A stretch of DNA of 64,000 nt, from NCBI RefSeq assembly GCF_006345805.1, contig NC_042999.1, forward strand, positions 30,876,001 to 30,940,000, written 5' to 3'. Of the stretch, positions 1-13,376 are shown piece after piece. Each line of letters begins with the position of its first letter. The first letter of the stretch is position 1. The notes beneath the pieces are model-generated. The model worked only from the letters and a program-made list of their open reading frames with translations. It ran no database searches and was not told the origin of the DNA. The position numbers and the translations under genes were made by a program. The DNA comes from Octopus sinensis. Taxonomy: Eukaryota.

Positions 1-266
1 AAGAAAACCAGCCTAGCAAAATATGTCTGGGAACTAAAAGAAAAGGAAGCCCCACCTTTCAACGTGACATGGAGCATTCTGGACAGGGCGGCACCATACA
101 GGCATGGAGCTTACAAATATAATTTCAAGTGCAGACTTTGCCTATTAGAAAAAATGCACATCTTATTCAAGACAATAATTCTTTGAATCAAAGAAGTGAG
201 TTAATGAACTTATGTAGGCACGCGGCTAAATTTAAAATGTCGAATATAAATATACCATATGGATAG
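1..266 (+). mobile_element. Penelope-like retroelement, C-terminal end of GIY-YIG endonuclease domain (one frameshift; truncated by window edge)
   Basis: Frame 1 reads KKTSLAKYVWELKEKEAPPFNVTWSILDRAAPYRHGAYKYNFKCRLCLLEKMHIL; after a frameshift at ~183 it reads LNQRSELMNLCRHAAKFK. This matches the typical Penelope-like C-terminus (T.L.KY.W.LK...W.I...A.PY...C.LCL.EK..I...LN.RSEL...CRH..KF). Confidence 0.85.
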
Positions 267-1308
267 AGTATATATTTTGTATTTTTGATTTTTGATTTTG
301 ATTTTGACTCTTGAGCGCTACGATGGATTTTGATTCTGTTTCCAAGCTACGCGGATATTAATCCGTATAGCAAAGTCTTATGTTTCTACATATATATTAG
401 GAAAAACCTACAAACTTTGTTTTCATGTTATTGTATTGCATAGGATTACCTTGATTATTTATATTACCTTGATTATTTATAAATGACCCAAAATAGGATG
501 TTATATTTTAATTTATATGTCTTTCGTATATATTTTTATTAATGCACCCATTTTTTAAAAGCAATGTTTTTTTAAAAAAAAGCAATGTTGTCAAAATTAG
601 AATGTTTATATAAGTATGTGTATAGCAAAGCATATGTATTTGTAAGCATGCGTATCTGTGTATGTGTAAGTGAAAGTATGCTTATGCTTAAGCACACATA
701 TACACGACGGTATGTATATGTATCCATTCAAACTTGTGTATGTATACTGGTCTCTATAGATGCCAATAACATCGTTACAAGTTTTTCCCCACCCCTCCTT
801 CGTTCCTTTTTCTCTCTTTCCCTTTCTTTCGTTCCCCCTCCTTGCTCAGTATATGAGAATTGCTACATAGATGAATTTTAGCTTGCGTGCGAGACGGTTT
901 GCGTGAATATATGTACACATGCTTTTATGTGTATATTTAGATTCATATTCATACGTCTGTATATGTATGTATGGCGTTTACGCGCATCCTTTTGTGTATG
1001 TTGATATATATATGTAGATTTTAATATAAATATGTATTGCAGTATTTATAACAGGTTTAATTTCTATGCATTAATTTGCACTGTCTTCATTAACGGCAAT
1101 AGGTTTTTTCCTCGGTTTTTTCCTCGGATTTTATAATTTTTATAAGTTTTTATATATATATATATATATACATATATTTTTGACCTTTTTGTTTATCGCT
1201 CGAAGTTTGACCGTTTTTCTAAAGGGCCAATCAAACAAGTCCATTTCTTTTTAAAGGTGTAGCGTTTGTAAGAGTATAGATTGAATTGATATATAAGTTC
1301 CATTCTAG

Positions 1309-1358
1309 CAAAAACTGTCTGATGAACGGCAACGAGAAACTCAGAGTAACAGATTTTG
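1309..1358 (+). ncRNA. Type I hammerhead ribozyme motif, probably in a Penelope-type LTR
   Basis: caaaa-a-ctgt [CTGATGA] a-cg-GCAA-cg-a [GAAA] ctc-a-gag [TA] acag-a-ttttg. Core CUGAUGA at 1319-1325, GAAA at 1336-1339, GUA cleavage triplet at 1346-1348. Stem I is ctgt/acag extended by caaaa/ttttg; stem III is near-palindromic ACTCAGAGT; short stem II has a GNRA loop. Confidence 0.75.
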
Positions 1359-1719
1359 TTGAATGTTCTGCTGCTTAAAATAAAGTATATATATATATAT
1401 ATATATATTATTATTAAAGTATGTTGTGTGTTTGTGAGTACGTGTTTATGATCCCGTGTGTGAATATGTGAGAATTTGTTCGTCAGTATGTACTGTGGAT
1501 ATGTACTTGTATGTGTGTGTGTGTGTGGATACAATTTAAGCGAAATGAATGTGTGTGTTAAATTTTGGTATTGGGGGCTTTCTGTTGTATGATAATGGAG
1601 CGCGTATGTTTGTTCGTGGTGATGTCAAATTCTGTCTATGTGTATTTGTATTTTAATTGTCATATAATAAATTCGTGTCTTTGTCAGTGTGTGTGTTTAT
1701 CCTTATATATACATGTATA

Positions 1720-1731
1720 AATATATACATG

Positions 1732-1775
<44 letters not shown>

Positions 1776-1897
1776 GTATATATATATAGTTATATATAGA
1801 AAGAGAGAACAGACAGAACGACAAACAGACAGTCAGACAGAGAGTCAGACAGACAGACAGACAGAGAGGGATGGATGGATGGATGGATGGATGGATG

Positions 1898-1971
<74 letters not shown>

Positions 1972-1972
1972 A
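1720..1972. repeat. Compound microsatellite (TA)n-(GACA)n-(GGAT)n-(GATA)n
   Basis: Directly visible consecutive tetranucleotide arrays. Confidence 0.95.
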
Positions 1973-4237
1973 ATATGCGTCTGATGTATTATTGTATTTG
2001 GAATTTCTCAGAAATTATTGATTTTTTTTCCAAAGACTCATCATCCGAAATGGTGCTATTGTTGGATATTCGATAATACTGGGTGGTTGCGACCATTCAC
2101 TGTATTCCTGCTGCTAATTCCATTATCAGCTTGTAATGCAAAATTATAATGCATATGCAGCAGAGTACCTTTACCAGATGCACTCTCCAATGACAATATA
2201 ATTAAAACATTACGACAAACATTATTATTAGCTTATGGTTTTGTTAACTTCATTCGTACAGCTATCACTTGATGTAAAATTGTTGGATTAAGTTTATAAA
2301 TTTCAATGTTAGCATTTGAATTATATGCCATGTATGGTATTGTAACCGGATAGGTGTTAATTTGCTGCTATTATTGTGAAGTTTAATGTTAAATTCTATT
2401 AGTGTCGTATTGTCTCTTTCCTTCTCAAGTTTACTGTCAAGCAGGGTAAGATGGTAGTCACAAAGGCTGCATCATTGCACGACAAGTGACGTTTTAATAT
2501 GATGCTTCTAAATTAATTATTATATCCAGCAGTATATAGTACATTCAAATTAGAAACTAAATTGGGATATATCTAGTTGTATAACGTAGAATTTGCTGCA
2601 TTAAGAGATTAATCTTTTGATTGTTAGTAGCATTAACCTAATCTATCAAATTTCAACTCACTTCTTAGAATTCTGGTTTACAATTGTACGCAGAATCTAA
2701 CATTATCACGCCAGTTTGGACTACAGTCAAAATTCTAATTCCGACATACATTTTTTTAAAACTATAGTTTGAACCAATATTAAAGCGACAACGTGATATC
2801 TTCTCGTGGTAAGAATAGCAGTCAAATGTCACTCGCATCACGCACATGACTGCACTTTGGGATGTGAAATTAACTGTTTGTTTTCTAACCGACGGCAATT
2901 TATAATTCTCAAAGATTTCCTTCTTTCCTATAAACTCGGTTATGCAGTCAGTCAACCTTCTGAACTCATTCAATTTAAGCTTTCGTTTGAGTGATGCATT
3001 AACCTCTCAGCTACAGCGTCACATTTATTAACAACCTGTATGAATTAACCATAAGTAATAATTGTCAGGCAAATGCTAGACTGTTCTGACATATTTCCAT
3101 TGACAAATATTAATTAGTTTCGAATTAATTAGTTTTATCTAAGTATAATGCACATTTCATTTAGATGGTTTCAGTCGTCATCGATTCGCTCATACCAGCA
3201 GACGGGTGAAAATTATTATATACATATTTTGATTCGCCGTCCATATGTCACACAGGCGGCTAATTAAGTTCTGATCAGGTTGCAGCAACATCTTCTCATA
3301 AATTAATAATTATATTTACTAACCAAACTTGCCAACCTACCACATCTCTACCTTTTAACAGCTACAGAAAAACCTGAACACAATATATTATATTAGTGAT
3401 CGTCCTGACAGTAAAATTGATGACGCAGTTGTTGTTGGTATTGTTGTAGTTGATTTCATTCCTGATCTAGTAGAGTTGTAATCATTGATGTCCAAAGGTG
3501 ACCATCTAGTATTAGATTCAGTGTATCTCAGTTTAAATAAACTCTGCTTCGTGTCTAAATACTTAGATTCGAGGCAGATTTCTTTTGAAGAGCAGATGCT
3601 TCTTCGGTTTTCTGAGACGGTTAAGCAGCAAAAAGTACAAGAACCTACTTGATCGTGACACAAGTCTTTCACACGTTTAATTCTCGTCAGCTAGCGCCGG
3701 TACACATTTTCATTTCAGTCGACTGATTTCACCTGAAATAAAATACATTTTTCAAGGACACAAAACGTCGCCTGGTTCGAGAATCGAACAACTACATAAT
3801 GATCGTGAGCTAAACTGTCCTATCACTTGCCTAGGCGCTTCACTGAAGTTATGCAATGAATATAATCTGTCTATCGGAAACATTTTCTTTCGCCAAAATA
3901 GCAAGTAGAACGGGGTATGGCTGCACCTATGTTTAGGGCACTGCCATATGATTGACTCTATAATCACAACAAAGATTTCATATCTACAGGTTATGAAATC
4001 AGTGATAGTCACGAGAGGTGCTGAGTGTTAGACTGATCATTGATTAGTTAGAGCCAAGCTTAGCTCTAAGTTTCAGTGCTAAACAATTACAGGCAAAATG
4101 CTTGATGTGGACAAACTTCATTCAGAAGGAGCTGAAAAGTTGTTGAGAATCTCTAACTTTTAAACCAAGTGAGTTTTTGGGTAGGTTTCAAGGAAAATAT
4201 ATAGAACACATCTCAAAAAATTCTGGATATTAGAAAA

Positions 4238-4310
4238 CATGAATGAATACATACATACATACATACATACATACATACATACATACATACATACATACAT
4301 ACATACATAC
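4238..4310. repeat. (ATAC)n microsatellite
   Basis: Directly visible; explains the HTYI repeat in ORF 4239..4481. Confidence 0.95.
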
Positions 4311-6224
4311 AAGTCACCATTTCGAGTAATTTACCCAAGTTCAGGTGCAGAATGCTCAATTTCAAGTTTAGGGCACAATGCTATTCCACACAGCCTTAAC
4401 AAAGCAAGTTTTAATTTGCATGTTCAAACCCAGCCCTTCCTCGGCAGAACACAGCTGAGTGTTTTTGCAATTTCATTGTAGTTGGTTTTAGTTCATATGA
4501 CAGTAGAAACATCTCAGAACAGTCTAGAATTTACCTTGCTATAATTACTTATGGTTAATTCATAAAGGTTGTTAATAAATGTGACACTGTAGCTAAGAGA
4601 TAAATGCATCAATCGAACGATAGCTTAAATTGAATGTATTCAAAAGATTGACTGTATAACCAAGGTTATAAGAAAGTGGGAAATCTTTGAGGGTTCACTA
4701 GTTCATAAATTGATTTTTCGTTAAAATACAAGCAGTTAAATAGCAAAGTCTTAATCGATCTCAGTACTCATTTTAAAAACTGGGTACTTTTATCGGTCTC
4801 GCTTGTCGAACCGCTGTTACGGAAATATAAACAAACCAACACCAGTTGCCAAACAGTGATTGTGGACAGATCCCGCTACTGGACAATTACAAATCTACAC
4901 CACTCCTGTACATCACCACGACATCTCTGTTATACTACACAACAACACTGCTCAACCACTATGTCGCGAGAGTGATGGGATACCCATGGCTGATGTTGCG
5001 ATGCTGGATGTGCGTTGTATTGATGACCATCGTCGTGTGGCTGCGTGTATAATTGATGAAGCTACTCATGAACTTTTAAATGTTATCATAGTTATTGATA
5101 GACATGAATTACAGTTTTGTGTTTACAAAAAAAGATGCTGATAACATAACTCCCAACTGGGAGGAGAGGACTGCTCTGTGTCTTGTAGAAGGCTACTGTG
5201 CCCCATATTGTCGGGTTTTAAAGGTCTGCCTTCTGTGAGTGTCCAAGGTGTTGTACGCGAAAACTTGAATCCGTCTGCTTTTGGCGGTCTGCCGAAACCG
5301 TCTGGTTGTGTTAATCGTCAAATAGATTTATAAGGTGAAAAGTGGGAAGATTTTTAGATTAACCGAGTAACCATATCATACCACTGTTTCGCCCTGACTA
5401 GTATATTTTTAGATCAATCACGAGAAACTGTGAAGGTTTACTCACGATCCCTAACAGAATATTTTGTGGTTTAGGTTTGTATCCCTAAAACTACATCACC
5501 CAATGATCATACCACTAAATTATTGTACCATTCTAGTACCATTCTAGTACTGCAAAAACACACATTACACTACTCAAACACATGCAACAAACCACTATGT
5601 TATACCGCAACACCGCCCACGACCTTACTCATCAATCACACCACAATACAACGACACCTCTACAGCACCTATAACGTCATTTACGCAACATCACATCTCA
5701 GATCACCTAGCAGTACCAAACGGATAACATCGATATTTTAAAACCCTATTTATTACTTGTGCCTTTCATCTTTAGATCGACATACAACTGTGACGAAACT
5801 ATCAACACATGCATCAAATATTGTATCCTGCCATTTTGTATTTATTTATCTATCTTGATTTTTTTTTCGTGCCAGTATTAGTTTTTATATATACACAACT
5901 GTATAGTAGCTTATTTTAAGAGCGTACGATGCGATTTCGTGGAAACAGGCTAATAATCTATGTCGATGGCGATTGCCATAACATGAATGATGTTGGCTTT
6001 GAAACCTTTCATGTTGATTAGGGTTAGATTATATTTATATACGTTATTACAGCTGCCGATGGTATTGCGAAGGGATAATAAAGCATGCTACTAAGGTTAC
6101 TTGTAACATTAACATAGAAATTATATATTGTTTCTGGTGCCTTTGTTTAAAACCGACATTGACATTTGGTAGCTTTGATGCCTGTACATGAATACATACA
6201 TGCAGACTGACACACAAGCTAACG

Positions 6225-6270
<46 letters not shown>

Positions 6271-6334
6271 TACACACAGATCTCTCACTCTCTCTATATA
6301 CATATATATATATATAATATATATATATATATAC

Positions 6335-6406
<72 letters not shown>

Positions 6407-6739
6407 TGGAGGTGGAGGGAGGGAAAGATACATGCATATATGCGTGTGTACATTAATATGTGCACGTGGTTTACGTCTATGTGCATGGTGGGCGTATGCT
6501 TGTATGTGCGCGTGAGTTTGTATGTGTGTAAGTAGGATTAGAACCGATCGTCATGTGTAAAGTTTTATGTGTCTTAAGAATAATGTTTCGGTTTCGAAGC
6601 CACTATAGCAACATGTCGTAGCGTAAATACTTTCATAGCTGATTCTTGCGCTACAAGTAAAACAGTGTTGTGAAATCCCTGTTGTGGTGAAGCAATGAAA
6701 AAGACTAAACAATCTTAAAAGTGTGTGTGGGTCTATGTA

Positions 6740-7045
6740 GAAGCGTGTGGCTTAATGGATTGGGTATTGGGCTCAAGATCGTAAAGTTGCGAGTTCCATT
6801 CCTGGCGATGCGTTGTAGCTTTGAGCCTTACTTCACGTTCCTCCAGTCTAATCAGCTCGAATAATGAGTAGTGCCGGTATTTCAAATGGACAGCCTTGTC
6901 ACATTCTGCTTTACGCTGAATCTCCCTGTGAACTACATGAAAGGGTACGCGTGTCCGTGGATTGCTCAACCACTTTCACGTTAATTTCCTGAGCAGTCTG
7001 TTCCGTTGATCGGATCAACCGGAACCCTCGCTGTCGTAACCAAAA
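6740..7045 (+). mobile_element. tRNA-derived SINE (diverged; head related to the family at 8548 and 51702)
   Basis: A-box-like GTGGCTTAATGG, B-box-like GAGTTCCATTCC, then ttcacgtt.ctccagtc.a.tcagct central motif shared with other copies. Confidence 0.7.
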
Positions 7046-7157
7046 GAGTGTCTGTGTGTATGTGTGTGCGTATGAGTACAGAATATGTATAAAATATTGT
7101 AACTCTCCGTGTACATTTAAAATATTCTAAAACAAAATCAATATTCTGCCATTGTAA

Positions 7158-7362
7158 GGCGACGAATCGTCAGTACGCACGAGAAAATGCTTAGCGGGCA
7201 TTTCGTTTGTCTTTACTTTCTGAGATCAAATTCCGCCAAGGTCGAATTTGCCTTTCATTCTTTCGAGGTCGATAAAGTAAGTACCAGTTGAGTACTGTGG
7301 TCGATCTAATCAACTTATCCCCTACCCTGAAATTGCTGGCTGAGTGCTAAAATTTGAAATCC
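7158..7362 (+). mobile_element. SINE family A (core gtcgactttgcctttcatcctttcggggtcgataaa.taagtaccag)
   Basis: Similar to >15 copies in this window. Confidence 0.8.
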
Positions 7363-8547
7363 AGATCAGAAAATCATTTCCTCCACCCTGCTTGGTTCTT
7401 CCTTTTTGCGATATCTCCCACCCAGCAAAATCTCGCAGTGCATCACCCATTTTTTTCTCACCAATGAACATTAAAAGAATTCTTCCAAATTTTTTTCACA
7501 TGCCATAGTTTTATAAGGCCCGTATCTCTGATTCTGCTGTGTATATTTTCTCCACCTCTAAGGAAGAGACGCCTGTTCGTCGCATGATTACTTATTTTTA
7601 CAAGCTGCGTGGATTGGAGCAACTTGAAATGATGCGCTTTACTCAAAAACACACCGCATCGCCTGGTCCAGGAATCGAAACCACAATCATACGATCATAA
7701 GTGCAACACCTTAACCATTATGCTTCGTGCCTCCATCCATCGAGCATCAGCCCACAAGAATTCAAGATTCAAAACCCACGCACACCAACTATGTTTATCC
7801 TGAAGCTATAAACTTGGGATGTCCGGAAAAGAAGTCAAGAAAAGAAAGACAAAATGTCACAATTTTAGCTCGCAATAAAAATGCCATCGGTAAAAATCAC
7901 ATTTTATTTAAATACTAAAGACTGAAACAAGTAAACGATAAAAGATAAATGATAGTATAAAGTAATAAAATAAAAATTATTTTTAGATCAGTTAACAGGC
8001 AGTACACAATTTGTAAATGATAGCATCACACATGCGAAAAAAAACAACTTATATTGTATGTCTTAAGCGAAGGAAAGCAATGAAAAATAATTTAAATCAG
8101 TCATTTATTGACAGTGCATGACATGTACAGATTGAAAACACACTACTGTATATACTAAGTATTTTTAATTCTGATGACTAAGAGGAATATTATCTGCCGG
8201 TGTCACGAAGAAATTCTGCCACAGTCTTGTGGTTCTTTTCTCTGTTTTTTCTTTTCTTCTGACGTTTTTCCTGAATTCAAACGTGGAGCAGTTCAAAACA
8301 ATCGTGAACAACAGCGTCGATCTCAGCGGTGGCTTGAGAAGAGCGTGACTATGCAGCTCTCGTTCTTTCTATTATAGGCACAAGGAATGGAATTTGAGAA
8401 GAACTTATTTAATCATCCCCGAATGTATGAAAGGTCAAGTTGATCTCGACAGAATTTGAATTCAGAACGTAAAGCCGGAAGAAATGCCGCTAATCATTTT
8501 GTCCGAAGTGCTAATGTTCGCCGCATTTTAATCATAATAAATAAATA

Positions 8548-8797
8548 AATGCGCCCTCTTAAAGCCTAGCCAGGCTCATGGGCCCGGTTTCCCGGTTTCT
8601 ATGGCGTGTATGTTCCCCAGCTGGACCGAACGCCAGTCCATCGCAGCGTTACTCATTTTTGCCAGCTGAGTGGACTGGAGCAACGTGAAATGAAATGTTT
8701 TGCTCATGAACACAACGCATCGCCCGGTCCAGGAATCGAAACCACAATCTTGCGATCATGGTGCTGACACCCTAACCAGTAAGCCACGCGCCTCCAC
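8548..8797 (-). mobile_element. tRNA-derived SINE family C
   Basis: Reverse strand begins ggaggcgcgtggcttactggttagggtgtcagcaccatgatcgcaagattgtggtttcgattcctggaccgg (A/B boxes); central ccagctgagtggactggagcaacgtgaaa motif shared with 7610-7730 and 51702-52042. Confidence 0.85.
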
Positions 8798-8986
8798 ATT
8801 GTAATCATAAGTAAAATATTTTTTAAAAGCGGTTGACATGTACTATATCTTCCTTTTCTTCTGGAAGAAGGCTGCGTAATGAGGAGATGACTGTTATTTC
8901 GAGCAGCTCAAGTGATGACTTGAGGTCGTCTCTTTGTTAACTCGTAAATGTTACCATCTGAAGGAAAGTGTAAGCATAGATAAATG

Positions 8987-9424
8987 GGATCTTTTCGGTT
9001 TGAACGGCAGTTTTTAACATAATTTCTAGGTAACTCAAAAATTATTAAACATCGTATACTAGTAGAATGTGTTTATAAAACATCTTTTTCTCTTGGCTTT
9101 ATTGAGAAAATTCTATAGTTTGTAAGATAGTTGTTGGGTTTTTTCTTCAATTTCTGCAATTTCAACCAATCACTGACGTCCATTGAGGTAAAAAAAACAA
9201 CATTCTGTGCCGTATAAATATTCCCTCGTTTAAGAAGCAGATTGGGTTTATTTACATTTGTGAAGAAAAAAAGATACCCTCCCCCCATCCCTAACCCTAA
9301 CCCTAACTAACCCCAACCCTAAAACAGATTGAAATGCAATAGATCGATACTAGTGTCATAATTATGGGTGACAATTTCATATGACACCGCTAGAAAAAAA
9401 CTGCCGTTCAAACCGAAAAGATCC
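8987..9424. mobile_element. Non-autonomous DNA transposon (MITE) with perfect 28-bp TIRs and an internal CCCTAA array
   Basis: Left GGATCTTTTCGGTTTGAACGGCAGTTTT is the exact reverse complement of right AAAACTGCCGTTCAAACCGAAAAGATCC; flanks share AATG (possible 4-bp TSD); CCCTAA-type repeats at ~9283-9322. Confidence 0.85.
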
Positions 9425-10269
9425 AATGTTTGTGTGCTAACAACAGAATTAACTGGGAATAAATTGATGTTCTGGTATTTGAAACCTTATCGTAGATTTT
9501 TATTTTATTTTCCTTATAGTGCTTTCTCCTGAAGTCGATCTGACATTATTTTAAAGTTTTCAACTGTTAATTATAACAATGCCTAAATAGATTATCAAGA
9601 CAAATACATTTCTGAATCATTCCAACCAATAAAACCGTAATTTATGAACCAGAATGGGGAGTGGTGAGTTATCTGATTATTTTCTGTCTTTCCTTTACTA
9701 TTTTTTTTCATTTTTGTAAATTAAACATTGAACACATATCTATTATAAAAAAACATATATTCGGAGTAGTTATTAAAGCTACGTATATATTATGTAAGTG
9801 AGATATGGAAAGCTTGCATTATTGCAAATTATAAATGTATATAATAGAGGTTATATATAATAGACGTTGAATATTCCCAGAACACTATCAAAGTTGAAAA
9901 CTCAAAAACAATAGGAAAGAACAAACTCCAGTATGTTTATTTTTTTATCTTAAAGATAATCAATTCCGCGGCCCATCCTACGATATATAATATTGCAAAT
10001 AGACACTCAGTGAATTACGTAATTTTATGCAGATTTATTATTAATTAAATTAGTCTAAACGTTATATAACATAAGGTTTATAGGATTTTGTTTCTGGTTC
10101 CTGGAAGGGCTGGCGTAGAAGATTATATCCTCATTGCTATTAGAATTGATCAAATGAAACAGCAGGCGTGAACGAAGGATCGATTCTATCGACTGTGTTT
10201 TCCACTGCCAATGTGCAGTGGCCTTGTGGCAACATGCCATTATGGGGAATCGTTACATACAACAGTGAA

Positions 10270-10369
10270 TGTAATATGTGTGTGTGTGTGAGCGTGTGTA
10301 TGTTTGTGTTTACAGATATGTGTACATCAGTTGTGAGAGTGTGTGTGTATATGTCTATATATATGTATG

Positions 10370-10402
<33 letters not shown>

Positions 10403-10489
10403 TTATGTATATATATATGTATGTATATATATATATGTATATGTATGTATATATATATATATGTATATATATATAAGTATATATATACG

Positions 10490-10521
<32 letters not shown>

Positions 10522-10985
10522 AGTAAATATATATACGTATATATATATATGTATATATATGTATGTATATATATATGTATATATATGTATGTATATATAT
10601 ATATATGTGCGTATGTATGTATACATGTATGTATATATATATATATGCATGTATACATATATATATACATATATATGTATGTGTATATATATATATATAT
10701 ATACATGCAGGTATTTATGTATTTATAAACGTATGTAAATTTATGTACGTACACACGCGCGCGCGCGCACGTACATCATGTCTACATGAATAGGTGTATG
10801 GTGTATGTTCGTAGGAGGATGCATGTACTTGTTATATTATATACGCGTGCGTGTGTATGTATATATTTATATACATATATAAAATATGTATAATATATAT
10901 ATATATATGTATGTGAATGTATATATATATATTTATATATATGCATATATATATATATACGCATGTATATATGTGCGTATGTATG

Positions 10986-11023
<38 letters not shown>

Positions 11024-11069
11024 CACCCCTCTCTTTCTGTCTTTCTGTATATATATATATATATATATA

Positions 11070-11100
<31 letters not shown>
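10270..11100. repeat. Long interrupted (TA)n/(TATG)n/(TG)n microsatellite block
   Basis: Directly visible; source of the Y/I-rich ORFs. Confidence 0.95.
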
Positions 11101-11102
<2 letters not shown>

Positions 11103-11539
11103 ATTCAGAGACAGATGGGGCACCGACAGAGTCGTATGGAGAGAAAGCCGACAGATATTTATAATTTAGTGTGTTACTAAGCAGGGGAGGTAAAAGTTTG
11201 TTGATGAATAACATTCGGTGGGCTGCATGTTGCGTTCAGAATGGCCACACTACTACAGGTATTAATTTTCATATACCTCTCTCGGTCTGGAACGTTGCCT
11301 TTACACTATAAAAACCGATGAACAAATGGAACAGCATTCACGAGATGCTGAATGAAATAAATACAGCTTTTTTCAGTACGTAAGATGCTAAATAGTAATA
11401 CGAAGCTAGGTTATAGTTATTCTGAACAAATTAGGTAGAAAGAATAAGAGTGCCTGACCACAAATATAACTGGTACGGCTTTGAGTAACATCTCAGGTCG
11501 ATAATAAGTTAACTAAAAATCTCATCTGTTTCATAACGC

Positions 11540-12460
11540 CCAACAGAGTTTCTAGAATGTTCTGAGACCTCTTGGAAGTTGTTTATAACAACTGGCATCA
11601 GAATGGCATAATTCTCAAACCTGTGAACCCAGCAGTGCTAGCAGACAGAAAAGACAGGATCAAAGAATCACGTTGAAATTTTTCGGCCCATTACTCTACT
11701 AAACGTAGATTTCAAGATACTAGTGAGGCCTTTGGCGCTTGTCTTTTGCCTGATCGGTGAGGCGCAGACATGTACTACTCAAAACAGTCCCATCTATGCC
11801 CCACCTGACCATCTTATAGGACACATCATGTACAAAATGAATAAGGAACCGAACCTGGAATGGAGCTCTGACCAAATTGGGTCAATGGAATATTTTTCAA
11901 TAGAGCTGACTATGCGAACTTAGCGATTGAACTAAAATCTGACAGTTTAAGCCACATTTTCAGCGTTGTAGTGTTGCAATGAACAGTGACATCTTCCCGG
12001 TGGTCCGGATATATAGCCATCTCTTGGAACCCTTTGGTATCATGTACTCGATCATTCAATTTTGTCCATTCTGTATATATTGACTCTAAGCCTGTTACTG
12101 AAAAATACAGGTATGCTGAAGAATGTCCTGCGCGAATTAGAAAATAGTAGATCGGTGTAGTCATATGCGGACAATATCACTGTACTAGTGTCGAACACCA
12201 AGAACATTGAATTGATCAGCACCGCTCTAAGAGAATACAAGTATGCCTGGAAAAGTCATTGGGCCAACATGTTAGCTTCTAGAGAGGCAGGTGCATGCCA
12301 TCTAACAGCATCGTAGGGTGCAAGTGGGACTGACCGGTTAAATGCTCGCATGGTGCTTTGGTTCAGATCTAGTACTGGACAAGAATTGGAACGAGGTGGC
12401 GAACAGTGCGGCCTTTTTCACTCAGAAATTGGGTCGGGGTAACCAGAATGTGTGAGATTC
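11540..12460 (+). mobile_element. Degenerate Tx1/L1-type non-LTR retrotransposon reverse transcriptase fragment
   Basis: DLLEVVYNNWHQNGII (~11565), FRPITLLNVDFKIL (11681-11722), SYADNITVLVS (YADD motif mutated, 12164-12175), MLAWCFGSDLVLDKNWNEV (~12340); stops and frameshifts between blocks. Confidence 0.8.
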
Positions 12461-12660
12461 CTCGGTTGTCACCACTTTTGGATAATGTCATCACTTTTGA
12501 GTAATTTAATTGTTGAACTTTTATTACATTTTTTTATACACTTGTCTCTTTTTTGTTTTCTGTCCGGCCCTTGGGTGAAATAAAGAAAAGGTTATTATCA
12601 TCATCATCATCATTATTATTGTTATTATTGTTAGTATTATTATTATCATTATTATTATTA

Positions 12661-12691
<31 letters not shown>

Positions 12692-13329
12692 GGCGGCGAG
12701 CTTGGCAGAAACGTTTGCTCGCCGGGCTAAATGCTTAGCAGTATTTCGTCTGCCGCTACGTTCTGAGATCAAATTCCGCCGAAGTCGACTTTGCCTTTCA
12801 TCCTTTCGGGGTCGATTAAATAAGTACTAGTTACGCACTGGGGTCGATATAATCGCCGTAATCCGTTTGTCAGTCCTTGGTTGTTCTCTCTGTGTTTTGC
12901 CCCTTGTGGATAGTAAAGAAATAGATATTTCGTTTGCCACTACGTTCTGAGTCCAAATTCTGCCGAGGTTGACTTTGCCTTTCATCTTTCGGGGTCGATA
13001 AATTAAGTACCAGTTACGCACTGGGGTCGATATACTCGACTTAATCTGTTTGTCTGTCCTTGTTTGTCCTCTCTGTGTTTAACCCTTTGTGGGTAGTAAA
13101 GAAATAGGTATTTCCCCCGTCGCTACGTTCTGAGTTCAAATTCCGCCGAGGTCGACTCTGCTTTTTCATCCTTTCGGGGTCGCTAAATAAGTGCCAGTGA
13201 GACACTGGGGCTGATATAACCGACTTAACCTCTCCTTCACCCCAAAATTTCATGTGCTTATAGCAGAAAGGATCACTATTATTATTATTATTATTATTAT
13301 TATCTTCATTATTATCATTATAATTATCA

Positions 13330-13376
<47 letters not shown>

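Noticed and set aside
3388-3672. 94-aa minus-strand ORF with Ser/Thr-rich end
   Set aside because: It has a non-ATG start, no recognisable domain and no convincing splice signals.
8171-8225. CTGATGA...GAAA hammerhead-like spacing
   Set aside because: No complementary stems I-III; likewise CTGATGA at 14773 and ~21294.
9283-9322. CCCTAA/TTAGGG arrays as telomere or CRISPR-like repeats
   Set aside because: They are short, degenerate and internal to TIR elements; there are no unique spacers and no cas genes.
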